From Octopus sinensis (Eukaryota): a stretch of DNA of 64,000 bases. The notes under the pieces are model-generated. The model was not told the DNA's origin. It ran no database searches and saw nothing but the letters and a program-made list of their open reading frames with translations. Below, one piece after another: positions 25,509 to 38,059 of this stretch. The position numbers and the translations under genes were made by a program. Location: the NCBI RefSeq assembly GCF_006345805.1, contig NC_043010.1, forward strand, positions 16,244,001-16,308,000. Direction: 5' to 3'. Position 1 is the first letter of the stretch; every line of letters starts with the position of its first letter.

Positions 25509-25914
25509 CTCCTCTCCTCAATTACGTCTATATTGAACAGTTTTCTTAGATTTTCCTTATTGACCTTTTATTTTGCCTTATTTCACTCTCAGCTTTTTTA
25601 CTCTGATCTTCATTAATTCAATGTTTCTGTGTTGAGATTTTAGATCAGAATAGTAGAGAAGTTCACCATTCCTGAGGTTCTGATTGTTTGTTCCCATTGA
25701 GGGTGGATACTTCTGGTTTTTGTATCATGTGATTGCCTGCTATATCATAACACACATGATACCCAAAATCTAGAAATTATCATTTAGGTGTTTTCTTGCC
25801 CCCTTCTTTCTTATTTCTATTTTCCAATATTCTTTTAATGAAATATTTCCTTGTTTCTTTAATTTCACTTGTTTTCGGTTCAACTCTGTCATTAGTTTTA
25901 CCTGATCAGCTTCT

Positions 25915-26130
25915 TTTAATTTAAGCTGGTCAAGTCAGGCTCAAATATTCTTCTACCTATTTTATATTCAAACGGGCCAAGTCTGACCTCTCGTGCCATC
26001 CCTACAATGCCATCCTAAACATAAATAATAACATCACTGAAATCTTGAAGCTACAAGATAATGCACGACCAATTCAGAACAATGTGAAGAAGCAACAACC
26101 TAATTTGACAGTAATCTAAATGCTCAAGGG
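25915..26130. mobile_element. piggyBac-like MITE, same family, left end eroded
   Basis: Internal similarity to 32345-32565 (aatcttgaagctacaagataatgc). Ends ctcaaggg|TTAA. Confidence 0.6.
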
Positions 26131-26393
26131 TTAAAGTTACTAAGACAGAGTAGACACACTGCTTTCAGTTTTCATCAATAAAATGCATACATTAAATTTA
26201 ATTATTGTTTTTGTGAAACTATTAAGCGGTAGCTCTTAGTTTTAGTTATTTAATGTTTTATAAAATTCTCAAATTATATCTAAGCGGTTTCATCTTCCTT
26301 TGATGCTCCTAGGAAAATAGCAGTGCACATCAAATGATGGCCTTGGCTGTTATAGGAAAAGAGCAGATGTATTTGTTTGGTATCAGAGATTAG

Positions 26394-26758
26394 GGATCTT
26401 TTCAGTTTGAACAGCAGTTTTTTCTAGCGGTGGCATATGAAATTGTCACCCATAATTATGACCCTAGTATTGATCTATTGCATTTCAATCTATTTTAGGG
26501 TTAGTTAGGGTTTCTTAAACGAGGGACATATTCATATGGCACAGAATGTTGTTTACCTCGATGGACGTCAGTGATTGGTTGAAATTGCAGAAATTGAAGA
26601 AAAAAACACAACAAATAACTTACAAACTATAGAATTTTCTCAATAAAGCCAAGAGACAAAGATGTTTTATAAACACATTCTACCAGTATACGAAGTTTAA
26701 AATTTTTTTAGTTACCTAGAAATTATGTTAAAAACTGCCGTTCAAACCGAAAAGATCC
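26394..26758. mobile_element. MITE with 29-bp GG-initiated TIRs and 8-bp TSD (Merlin-like)
   Basis: TIRs at 26394-26422 and 26730-26758 match at 27/29. Perfect TSD gagattag at 26386-26393 and 26759-26766. Confidence 0.85.
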
Positions 26759-27013
26759 GAGATTAGAATTAGTCATGGAATATAATGAATTAAGGGTTAG
26801 ATGATGTTAGTATGTACCGTGTGGGATTTCAACAGACTGCAAATATGGAAGGATGTCACACACCTGATGCAGTGAGTTGAAGACTTTCATCATTTGAGAC
26901 AATCCAAGCAATTAATGAACAGAATCTCTCTCTAGAGATATTTAAAATCTAAAAACCAGAAGATAACTCCAGAAGGTCGAGTAATTGAAATGTTTGGATA
27001 ATAATATTGGCAA

Positions 27014-27050
<37 letters not shown>

Positions 27051-28435
27051 AAATAAATTTTATCGAAAATTGTTGGCATTTCTGGCTGTAAGCCAAAGTA
27101 AGGAGCATTCCAAGTAGATTAGGGGTCATTGCTGGGCAGTAGTATTTACTATTCTTAATCGGTGTAGTAGTTTTAGTAGTAGTAGTAGCAGCAGCAGCAG
27201 TAGTAGTGGTAGTAGTACACAATACTAATTTAGCTCTACTTTCACCTTAGTTTATTGTAAAGTAATGATTTCTTTTTTTACATCCTTGAAAATGCAGATA
27301 AACAGATATGCAATAGATATGCTGCTGCTATTACACAAAAGTCCTGGGCCACTAAAATGCTGGAATTCTTGCCATACACTTTTAGGCTTGCTGTTGATAA
27401 TCTGCAGTTATTTTTCTTTTTACATATCTTAACTATTGATAGTCCTTTTACTGGGGTTCTAAAGACTTTAGATCTTCACATAACAGAAAGCCTAGATAAT
27501 CATCATCATCATCACTGCCACTACTGTCATGACATACTTTCTGTTTTGCCTGATATTTCTGCTACTGTCTTTGATGAAACAAGTTGAAATGTGAATAACC
27601 TACACCTCACTTTCAGAAATATTTTAACTGAAATTAATCTTTAATTTCTTAGCATTTTTTCTTTTTCTCTTCTTTTTTTTTTTTTGGGAGAATATTAAAT
27701 TACAAGATCCTCCCGCCACTCTCATTTATGTGCCTGCTAATGATTTTCACATTACAGTTACCATGGTTATAACATACCTATATTAATTTCGGTAATGCTT
27801 AAAAAAAAGGTTTAACAGCCAGTCATTAAGATTTCAAGATTTCTATATTTATTTTTAGATAAGTTTTTCTTTGATCTGAATATTTTGATAGTGATTTAGT
27901 GTGATTGGGAATATTTTGGAATCAAAGCAGCTTAGGTTTTAGGAGAGTTTTAAACACTCATAACTTCCATTTTTATTTATCTGTTTGTTTTGTGTGTGTG
28001 TGTGTGATGTTTGCTCTCCAACTTCTGCTGCTGAAGAGAACATTTAATCATTGAGTTCTCTCTATCTCTCTCAGCATGTAAAAGGTATGACGCAACATTT
28101 TACTAACACAGCGGATAGAATGAGGTAAATAGGGAGGCAGATATATTAATAGATGTGTAGACTGATTGTAATAGACAGTGTTACAAAAATTGTACTCTAA
28201 GGGTATTGACTTGCCTCTTATAATAGTATTAATTAGATAAACAAAGGAAAGTTTTCCTTTAAGACCAATTCTGCCAATAAATGAAAATGAGGGTTGTTTT
28301 AATACTTGATACTTGGCAGTGGAAGGCCAACAGTAACAGCATCAATACTTAGAACAAGTATTAAGAAAAGTAGATTGATGTAAATAAGTATGGAATATGT
28401 TTCACTACTAAACCTGCCCACTTTATTCTATAATA

Positions 28436-28680
28436 ATCATCATCATCATCATCATTTAGTGTCCACTTTCCATGCTAGCATGGGTTGGACGGTTCAACTG
28501 GGGTCTGTGAAGCCAGAAGGCTGCATCAGGCCCAGTCTGATCTGGCAGTGTTTCTACAGCTGGATGCCCTTCCTAACGCCAACCACTCCGTGAGTGTAGT
28601 GGGTGCTTTTTACGTGCCACCCGCACAGGTGCCAGATGGAGCTGGCAGACGACCACGGACGGATGGTGCTTTTTACGTGC
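28436..28680 (-). mobile_element. SINE-C copy
   Basis: (cat)n ttagtgtccactttccatgctagcatgggttgg..., about 1 internal unit. Confidence 0.85.
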
Positions 28681-28681
28681 G

Positions 28682-28900
28682 TTGACGCTTAGCTCCAAGT
28701 TGGGCTTGATTCATTAGACCTGTCTATGCTCAAGTCTTCCAAATATGGCCATCTTTTTCCCCAGACAGTGCAACCAGAACTGCATCATCCAGAGCAGCCT
28801 TTCCGAAGAAGAAGACCAGAGGATGATATTGAAGGAGCTTGGAGTGCTGTTTCTGACAAGTCGGGTGACTGCATAGGGTTCAACATCTTGTTTAACAACA
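28682..28900 (-). mobile_element. Possible RTE RT fragment, antisense to adducin
   Basis: With one frameshift reads AALDDAV..ALS / AIFGRLEHRQV..IK..LELSV, resembling the RTE motif TLDDEV..RLS...FGRL..RVW...LSVY. Confidence 0.4.
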
Positions 28901-31900
28901 GTATTTTGTTGTCCCACTTTATATAGACATGGCAAAGAATATATATGAGTTGTGTGGATAGTTCATTGGGAATGAAGTAATTTTTCTGTAAAACAGAAGT
29001 GGTTTGTTTATTTAAGCTTAATATATGAAACTTAAATAAGCTGGAGAAAAAAAAAAGTGGACTTAATTGACTCCAATTGAAATGGAACTCAGAATGGAAA
29101 GTTACCAAATGTCACATAGTATGACACATTGAGGAGATAGTGGGGATTTTTGTAGATTCTATGCATGTGGCAGATAAGAACTGCTTTGAAATTCCAAGTT
29201 CCAAATTAGTTGCTGCTAGAAGTTGAAGGTTTTTAATTCTGGTAGGCTTGTGTGGTTTTGATTTCATTTGTAGAATTCACCAAGAGCAAGAACAGAGTGA
29301 TTTAGTTGTGTTTTAATTATCAGATAACTCTTACAGATTTAATCATTCACCATGTTAGTCGAGACCGAGTATTAGAGATTATGTTTACAGTGTATACTTA
29401 ACATGAACTTCTTCTGTTCATTGTTTGTCAGAAGTAATAACAAACATGGTTTATATAGTAGTTTTGGAATGTTGGAAATTTTAAATATTTTACTGTTTCG
29501 TTAAGATGTTAATTATTCTTAAAACTGAATTTATTTTAACTCGTTTGAGATGTTTACATCTTTCTCTGTACCCACCTCTTTTGGATGTTGCTTTATTGAG
29601 TACATTGAGATTTATGTCTTGAACAAATCTTTGTAGACATACAACAAATATTTTTAGTAAAACTAACAAAGTAACAGAATAAAATAAAACAGTTGATTTA
29701 CAAAAGTTGTATTTCAACTAAAATATAACTTTAATTTGGAAGCTCTAATAAGTTTTTCAAGAGAAAAGTTCTGATGAAGGATTTCTGCTAAAGAAAGCTG
29801 CCATTTGCATGCCTTCTTGCTTTCAACGTCGAATGTAACTGCTTTGTCTTTTCCTTGTGTCGCTGAGTGGAGAGAGCCAAATTAAATCTTAAATTTAACT
29901 TCTATAAAATAAACAGTAGTCTTATATATGTAATATAGTGAGGAGTAAAACTGAAATTATCCATGTTATTTGTAGATAAAAACTCCTTGTTATGGGGTTT
30001 TAAAACCTAAAAATAAGGGAAGTAATTACAATAAATCAAAAGTTTTGGACACTAGACAAGCTGACTAGTGAAAATAACAGGCATGTTTCGGTCTTATGAG
30101 ATCTTAGTATATTCTGGTCATGTGACACTAATTATATCAGTATTACAAATGAAAGAAAATACTTGAAATGCATAATCTGTCAGTGTTGTACATGGGTGGT
30201 GGTGGGGTGATTAAAATCTAAAACCAGCAAGAGAATGAAATGAAATTATCACACATACACTACTACTACTACCACCACCACTTATCAAAATTACGAGATT
30301 GAATATCATAGCAGGAATCTATAGTCATGTAGTAATGATTTGCTTTAGTGAGTTGCTATTAACAGAGGAAACAGTTAAGGACCAAACAAAGTAGATAACA
30401 GTTGTGTAAAGTAGAGTTTGAATGAATAAACTTGAAATGTTCTTGTCAAAAAAACTATTTCTGAGTTGAAAGAGGAAGTGACTAAAAGCCAAAGAGTTTC
30501 AGAAATGCCTTTCTGACTCACATGAAAACATTTGTAAAATCATTGAATAAAATTTATTCTTATTATTATAAATTAATGTTTTTCAAGTAACTTAAAGGAC
30601 TTCTATTTGTGCTTTAAAGAAACGAAACAAACTAATAAAACCACTGTTAGTCATTTAAGGAGTCTTTTATTTGCTCTCGGTATCTACTTTCCTTTTGTAA
30701 TAATGTTTTGGTTTCATTTTATTCTGACACACAAAGATGGTACTGCTTACTGAGGCAAAAATTCATTAAGTTTTCCTATTAATTAATTGAACACAAATGA
30801 TGTAAAATCTGGAAGTAAGTCTACTCCTGGAATTCCTTGCCAATCAAGGCCTCTTGTTTTATTTACTATTTGTCTTCCCTTCAACTCTCTAACATCTTTT
30901 ATACCCTAAAGTGTAGGATTTTCTGTCCTTCACAGTTACACTGTCAGTTAAACCTCATGTATTTTATGTGTGTGTGTGTGTGTGCTTTTGGTTATCTCTC
31001 GTTTGACAACTAGAATTGTTCACCTCCTCATAACTTAGCAGTTCATCAAAAGGAGACTGTTAGAATAAGTACCAGACTTAAAATAAGTACAGGGGTTGAA
31101 GAACTGGCCATGATACAATTGAAACAAAGATTAAAAACGGTTGAATTCTTTTAACGAAACACTTCTGCTGCCACTATTAGTGCTGTGTAAACTTTGATTC
31201 TTATTGTTCATTGCTGATGCACCACAAAACCATTTGAGTGTCTGAATATGAGGTGGATGTCACTAAACAAAGTAAACAAAATAAAATACAAAGGTCACTG
31301 CTACAAGCAATCAAGTTCCGAACTGAGCTCCCCACCCCTGCTTTGTAGAAGGCCCTGTTAGAAGGCTACAAGTCACAAGTCATTTGCTGATCTAAGACCA
31401 AGAGGTTTTTCTTTTTTCAGTCTCTTCTACCATAATTCACCATCCCCCCCCCGTCTCTCCACTTTCATTTATTCATCAATACAGGCATCATGGCTAAAAG
31501 ACAATTTCAAACACCTGATTTGTTTTATTGTCTTGTAGCTTTTCTCCCTTCTCTTTATTGTTGCCATTGTTACCATCACTCAAGAACACTAATAATCATA
31601 AGTACTATGATCAATGAGTAAATTCCATCTAACTCTCTCTCCCCTCCCCCCTCTCTCTCTCACACATTCCTTCCTTCTCTTTTGTTCTTCCTTCCTTCTG
31701 CTGCCAGCCTTTGTTGTGTTTGTATTATTTGACCTTCTCCCCATCTCAGCTATTCATCAATCTATGAGTTGTGTTATGCTTCTCTGCAGAGATTAATGTA
31801 GAGATATGATTATTATTTATGTAGAGTCGGTGTTGCTTGTCAGATCTCTTTCTCTAGTTCTCACCTTGCTAAAGGTGGTCCGCTGTTTCTGATAACCCCC

Positions 31901-32039
31901 TCGCCCCACCCCACCTATAACTACATCATTTATTTGGATGCACTAATATTGCTATAGCAGTTATAAAGTTGGGAACTAATAGAAACTTTGAAACAAAATA
32001 TTATGTGCCAAGTGAATTATAGAACTTGTAAAATTCCAC

Positions 32040-32175
32040 TTCGGTTATCCAACTGTAGAAACCGTGCCAGAACAGACAGTGGAACCTGGTGTGGCTCTCC
32101 GGCCTTGCCAGCTCCTCTCAAACTGTTCCATCCCATGCCAGCATGGAAAACGGATGTTAAATGATGATGGTGAAG
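32040..32175 (+). mobile_element. SINE-C 3' fragment, sense orientation
   Basis: atccaactgtagaaacc...cccatgccagcatggaaaacggatgttaaatgatgatg. Confidence 0.7.
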
Positions 32176-32344
32176 ATGTTTCATAAAAGGAAGTGAAAAA
32201 ATGTTTTCCATGAAGTTCATTTATGGATTTAGTTTTGAAGATGAAGAAAGGTTGATAATAAAGGTCTAGTTTAGCCACACATTGTGTTTGTTCACCTGTT
32301 AAATGTGTGTTAAAATTTCTGAGTCAAAATAGATAATAGCTTAA

Positions 32345-32565
32345 CCCTTTAGCATTTAAACTGGCCATATCCGGCCAAAAGTATTCTGCTTGTTTTATGT
32401 TCAAATTGGCCATATCTGGTCTCTTACACCAACCCTACAATATCATCTTAAAAACTAACAGCGACCTCATCAAAATCTCATAGCTACAAGATAATGCCTG
32501 ATTAGTTCAAAACAATGTGGATCAAAAAGCATTAATTTTGGCAGAATAATGTGAACACTAAAGGG
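32345..32565. mobile_element. piggyBac-like MITE
   Basis: TTAA|ccctttag ... ctaaaggg|TTAA. Confidence 0.82.
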
Positions 32566-32642
32566 TTAAAGAGGCTGAAACTAGTAATGTTGAACTCATA
32601 TTGGAGTATAGACCTTGTTCAGACGAAGAAGAGAAGCCTCAA

Positions 32643-32826
32643 CCCTTTAATATTCAGATTACTTAGTCAAATGCAATGCTTGTTTATTCACAATCTTTTG
32701 AATAATGTGATTGTTTATTTTTAGAATGACATTGTAAGGTACGTGTGAGAGGTGGGATCCGGCCAGTTTTGACATAAAACACGGAGACTATTTTGGCCTG
32801 ATGTGGTTTGTTTAAATGCTAAAGGG
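32643..32826. mobile_element. piggyBac-like MITE, same family, opposite orientation
   Basis: TCAA|ccctttaa ... ctaaaggg|TCAA. Internal sequence is the reverse complement of the 32345-32565 copy. Confidence 0.72.
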
Positions 32827-34859
32827 TCAAAGGAAGAGCTGTCTTGTCCCTCTTTTTCCTCTCTATTTTGAAAGGAACATCTCAAGCTTATTACATAATA
32901 TATGAACCTCCTTGTGTATGGCTGCATATATTATCTCTAATTTAATACATGCCACCCCTCCTCAGATGGACTCAGATCCTTGTCTATAGGTCACTGGTGG
33001 ATGTGATCCAAATAGTTAATTTAACTATTCTAATTTGGACAGCCAAAAATTTGATGTTGCTTTGGTGTGCAGGCTAGCACAGCTTTGATATTGGCCTTAC
33101 CCATCAACCATCACCTCATTGGACACTGGCCCCCCAAGAGGTGACAAAGGACCTTGTTGCATGGTGATACAAATATCGAAGAAGACTCAGCCACAGAAGA
33201 GCCATCCAATAGTACAAACCTAGTTGACTGAAAGTCACTAGAATGGTAGTAGGGCATAGGCATATTTACCACCTGGTCTGCAGATCACTTCCTCCCTAAC
33301 ATCTTAACACCTTCTCATCCTTTTTTCATCCACTATGCTCTTTACCACTCAACTTTTCTTCACTCTAATACTGTTACTTCTCCCCACCACCACCACCACC
33401 AATGCCTCAACATCCTCTCATCTCCTTGCCTCCCACTTTTGTATCACCCTTATGTGTCCGTTGGTATGGACCCCTACCTTCACATAACCTCTCTTGCCAT
33501 GTGAACCTTTTATTCAGTTGCCTGAATACTGCTCTCCCCTTTCATTTAACATTATCATTTCATGCCTTTATCACATCTCATCTACCTCCAACTCTGCAAA
33601 GTTGTGTTGTGACCATGGCTACCTACACAGTGCTGGTGCCACAAAAAAATGCTCTTAGGACACTGTAACAGATGCAAGGCAGAAAGGGCCTGTTAGTTTT
33701 GTGGAGGACATGACATCGTCTTAATAATGATGCTATGAACACAGTACACTCTATAAAGTAGTTGGCATTAGGAAGGGCATCTGGCCAAAGAAAGCAAGCC
33801 AAAAATGAAACTCATGAGCAAGATACTGTAACTCACCCAACCCATGCCAGCAAGGAGTGTGGGTGTAAAACAATGATGAAAAAGATTTGCATGCCCCCCC
33901 CCCCCCACACACACTTTTATGATACCAACAATTAGGTGTTCATAAAAAAAAATTACTGAATAATAAATAAATGTGTATTTGAGTATGGATATGTAACTCT
34001 CTTCTAAGATGTTGGCGTTGGAGACCGACCTGTACTTCTGTAGATATTTGTTTGGCAGTAAAATACTATTTGTTATACTAAATGTGAAAAGTGTACAGTG
34101 AGTAATGTCTGTCATTTAAAAATTTAAGCGTAGATATCTGAACATCCTTTAGCTGGAGGTGGTGGCGTCTATCTATCTCTCTCTTCTCTTCACATTCTTT
34201 CCTTTCCTTGAAAGTTGTAATCTAAATAACACATACTATTTATTTCTCATCTCTTGTCTCTTTCACTCACCCCCTCTTTAGATTGGTGTGAGTAAAGAAA
34301 TAGCTCCAAAACATACACTTTATCTCATAATCAAAATAAACTCTTTTGGAATTCTTGCCATTGGTGCACTTAATTTTTCTGAGGGAAACATTGTTCACAT
34401 ATTCATTTCTCTGAAATGTTCTTTAAATAGAATTGCTTTCTTTTTGGAATCAGTTGTTTTTCTCTTTCTCCCTTCTCCTGTTTTTACTCTCAAAGGAGAA
34501 ACCTTGAATCATTAAAAAGTGAAGGAAATTTGTTCAATTCTGTGTTGTCTCTTCGTGTTGAAGGAGAAACTAAAATATTTGCAGTTTTAATTAAATTCAC
34601 TTGACTCATTGACTTGGTTCAAACATACATGTGTACAGATAGATATATAAGTGTAAATGGGTGTGAGGATTACTTTAAATTTAGATCATCTTCACTCCAA
34701 TCATTTTAAAGAATAACTTCCTTATTTAACTTCATTTTAAATAGAAAGCACTCCCAAAAATGGAAATTTTTGATGTAATTTTTTAATCTTGAAAATCTAT
34801 AACAACAATGTTATAACTTGAATGAGTTATTTTCTTCTCTCAGTATTTTAATTATTACA

Positions 34860-34923
34860 TTGGGGTCGATGTAATCGGCTCATCCCCTCCCTCAAAATTG
34901 CTGCCCTTGTGGCAAAATTTGAA

Positions 34924-34973
<50 letters not shown>

Positions 34974-35190
34974 GGCAACAGAATCATTAGCACCCTGGAC
35001 AAAATGCTTAGTGGCATTTCATCCGTCTTTACATTCTGAATTAAAATTCCCTCAAGGCCAACTTTTCCTTTCATCCTTTCAGGGTTGATAAATTAAGTAC
35101 CAGTCAAATACTGGAGTCAAGTTAATCCACTTCCCACCCCCTACCCCCCAAAATTTCAGGCCTTGTGCTTATGATAAAGATTATCATTAT
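34860..35190 (+). mobile_element. SINE-A tail, (ATT)n, then full SINE-A copy
   Basis: tggggtcgatgtaatc...gaaatt(att)n aaggcaacagaatcattagcaccctgg...caggccttgtgc. Confidence 0.8.
34925..34971. repeat. (ATT)n microsatellite between SINE-A copies
   Basis: Direct reading. Confidence 0.95.
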
Positions 35191-37863
35191 TTAAGACATT
35201 GCACAGTATCCAATGTCCGGATGCTGTTGATTGAAGATATTGTGTCAAGTCACAACAAGGACCTCAGACAGACAGACTGGCAGACTACTTTATGCAATAT
35301 GTGTGCAGTTCCAAGTAATGCTGACTTTTGCAACACATCTAGATTGTAGGGTATTTCTAAAGTTTCCAGATGTTTCTTTGGCTTGGGTGGTATTGAACCC
35401 AATGCTCCGATGACAATAGTGACAACCTTTATGTTGTTGTTGTTGTTGTTGTTATTATTATTATTATTATGTGTACCTATGAAATAATTGAAGTGCTTAA
35501 TGGAATATTAAGTTTTCCATGATGATGTGGGTTAACCCCAAAATACTGGCATAGTTTTGATAGAAGCACTGACAAAATATATTGTAGATTACTTTTTATC
35601 ATCATCTTCATCATCCTCATTTAATATGTAGTGTCTTCCTTGTTGGCAGTTCAACTGGATCCATTGAGCTTAAGGACAAATTTGTGTGCCAATATCTGTT
35701 TTGGTATGGCTTCTATGGCCAGATGCCCTTCCTAATGACAATATATATATATATGTATGTCTATCTCTTTTACCCACAAATACACCTGATAGAATATCGT
35801 CTCTCCAGATCCCTGTAAAATTTCTTACTACACCTGCCATAAATTCAGCCTTGCAATTCAAACACGATGTTCTTATCCGTGTTTGTTGTTAAAAAATGAA
35901 CACAAGTGCCATTCATATATAAGCAGATATCAAAACTGACACTCTACGCTATATGTATTTCATACAGATCAACTCGACATCCCCTGCAGTATTTATTGTA
36001 ATTGCTTCTGAGACTCTTACATCCTATACCTGTTGTTGGATTTTCTCAATCAGTTTCATACAAAGCCACCTAAATATCAACTATTTCTCTTATTTTGTCC
36101 TTTTTTGTCCAATCCAATTCTTGTGACCATCACTATAAACTCATCTAAGTATCTTCCTTTTTAGTAATTATCCAGACTAAAAGAGTATCTCTTCTTTAAA
36201 TATGATCTATTGAATAAACAATGGTAAAAATAAATAATTCAATTCCCTTCTTGGAAAAGGAAAAGAAGACTATAGAGCTGTATTCCCACCCCCAAATCTC
36301 AAAGGGAAGGGAAATAATTTCTGGTAAGAGAGAACAGCTGCTGACATGTCTTTTTGGTGTCAGTGGAGCTTATTAGCATAGAGTAGAGTATTAGCATAGC
36401 CTGCTTCATCAATTGACAGAATTTTTCTTTTCTTTACATATTGAAAAAAAGAGTTAATATTTTGTGCTCATAGTTTTTGTAAAACTGAGTCAAGTGGATG
36501 AATGACATGAACATTAGTTAATTTATAGAATTAGTAAACAAAATCTTAGCAATAGAAAGGGAAAATAATTACAATAGATTGAGTAGCAGACTTAATCTAC
36601 ATCTCTATTTAACATTACCATCCATCCATCCCTTGGAGGTATTTTGCAGAATCCACTCTGTTGTTAGCATTCAGAGGAAGTCTCTCCTATCTTAACTCCT
36701 TCCTCCCTGTCACCATTCTCAGAGTCTTGGTCACGCTGGCTTTTCCCCCTTCACTAAAAGATAAGAAAATTAATAATTTCACTAAATTCACAAGAAAAAG
36801 ATTTCCTTGCAGGGAGCAACCACAGGCACATCTTGGTTTTTTTTTAACTCTTCACCCTAATGTATCCCAATTTAACTCCTTAGTCTGTGTCACTACACTT
36901 TAGAATTCTTTAATTTATCATTTACATAACTCATGTTGTTTTTTCTTTTCTTTTTTACATTAGAACTAAAAATAATCTCTTTAAATTTGCCAATATCTTT
37001 TTTGTGGCTAATGCTACTGATAAGGTGTGAGGCTTATTTCACTTCCCATCTTTCCCATTGACTAGCATTTTACATCATTCCAGCAACATACACTTCTTCT
37101 TTTGCCTGTCATGCTTTTTGATAGAGTAAACAATAAATTCTATTTATGCAACAGAATTCCAAAACTCTGCTAAAATAACTAGTCTTTCCCTGGCATTGTT
37201 TTCTGTATTCATTTATCCTGAATGTGTCCCTACACAAGGGAAATCTGGGAATTTGTGCAGAATTCTCTTTTCCACTTGAAGAATCATCAAATTTGATTTT
37301 CTGCAAATTTTTTGTTTGTAAATAAAGAAATTGGATAAATTTAGAAGGAAAAAACAGCAAAAGATATTTGGTCATTTGATTGATTTTCATAGAAATCATA
37401 CCAAATTGCATTATTTGTCAACATAGTCCAACTTTATTTCAAATAACAAAAATAGATAAAGATCAAAATGCAATATTGATTGAAGCACTGGTTTGACAGG
37501 AGGTACTGATGAAGCCGTTTCATTTTCTAGGCAGAGACTACTGTCTGATAGATTTCTTAATTTAATATTATCAAAGTTTTCAAAATTCAGTGGGTTTTGA
37601 TCAGGAGAGAATTGTTACTGTCAGACAATATTTTATGAAAGTACTGTCACACATGTAATTATTTTCTGTGATCTGAGACTTTTTCTAATGGTCTGTCTGC
37701 AAAATTCCTCAAACATCTTAATAGAAGCAGACAAGTGGGCAAGATTAATTTATTATTCTTTCAATCAGGATTTGTTCAGGAAAATATTTATATAAAACAG
37801 CATTAAGACTTACTGGAGAAAGCTACTTCAATGGATTAGGTATTTCCTAAAAACAGGACCCAG

Positions 37864-38055
37864 CATAGTTCTATATTTAAGATATGAGGAATTATTTAAA
37901 TAATAATAAGAATAATAATAATATTTAAAAAAATACCTTGCAAATGAGAACCCAGGTTCGAAATTGCCCCAAGACACCTGATGAAGGCTGGAGAGTACAT
38001 CAGCCAAAATGTTGTATTAACAACAAACAAGATAAGGGCAAATATCCATCAAATG
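37864..38055 (+). mobile_element. Short Penelope/retrozyme-like element with decayed hammerhead ribozyme motif
   Basis: CTGATGA core 37978-37984, stem II GGCTG/CAGCC, AAAATGTT in place of GAAACGTT. The 5' end is an inverted copy of the family 3' tail seen at 433-492. Confidence 0.55.
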
Positions 38056-38059
38056 AGGC

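Noticed and set aside
26495-26512. Interstitial telomere or fusion scar
   Set aside because: Only two full TTAGGG units, and they lie inside a TIR/TSD-bounded MITE.
29771-29800. CTGATGAAGG...GAAAG hammerhead candidate (also 10864-10895)
   Set aside because: No stem II or stem I pairing could be drawn.
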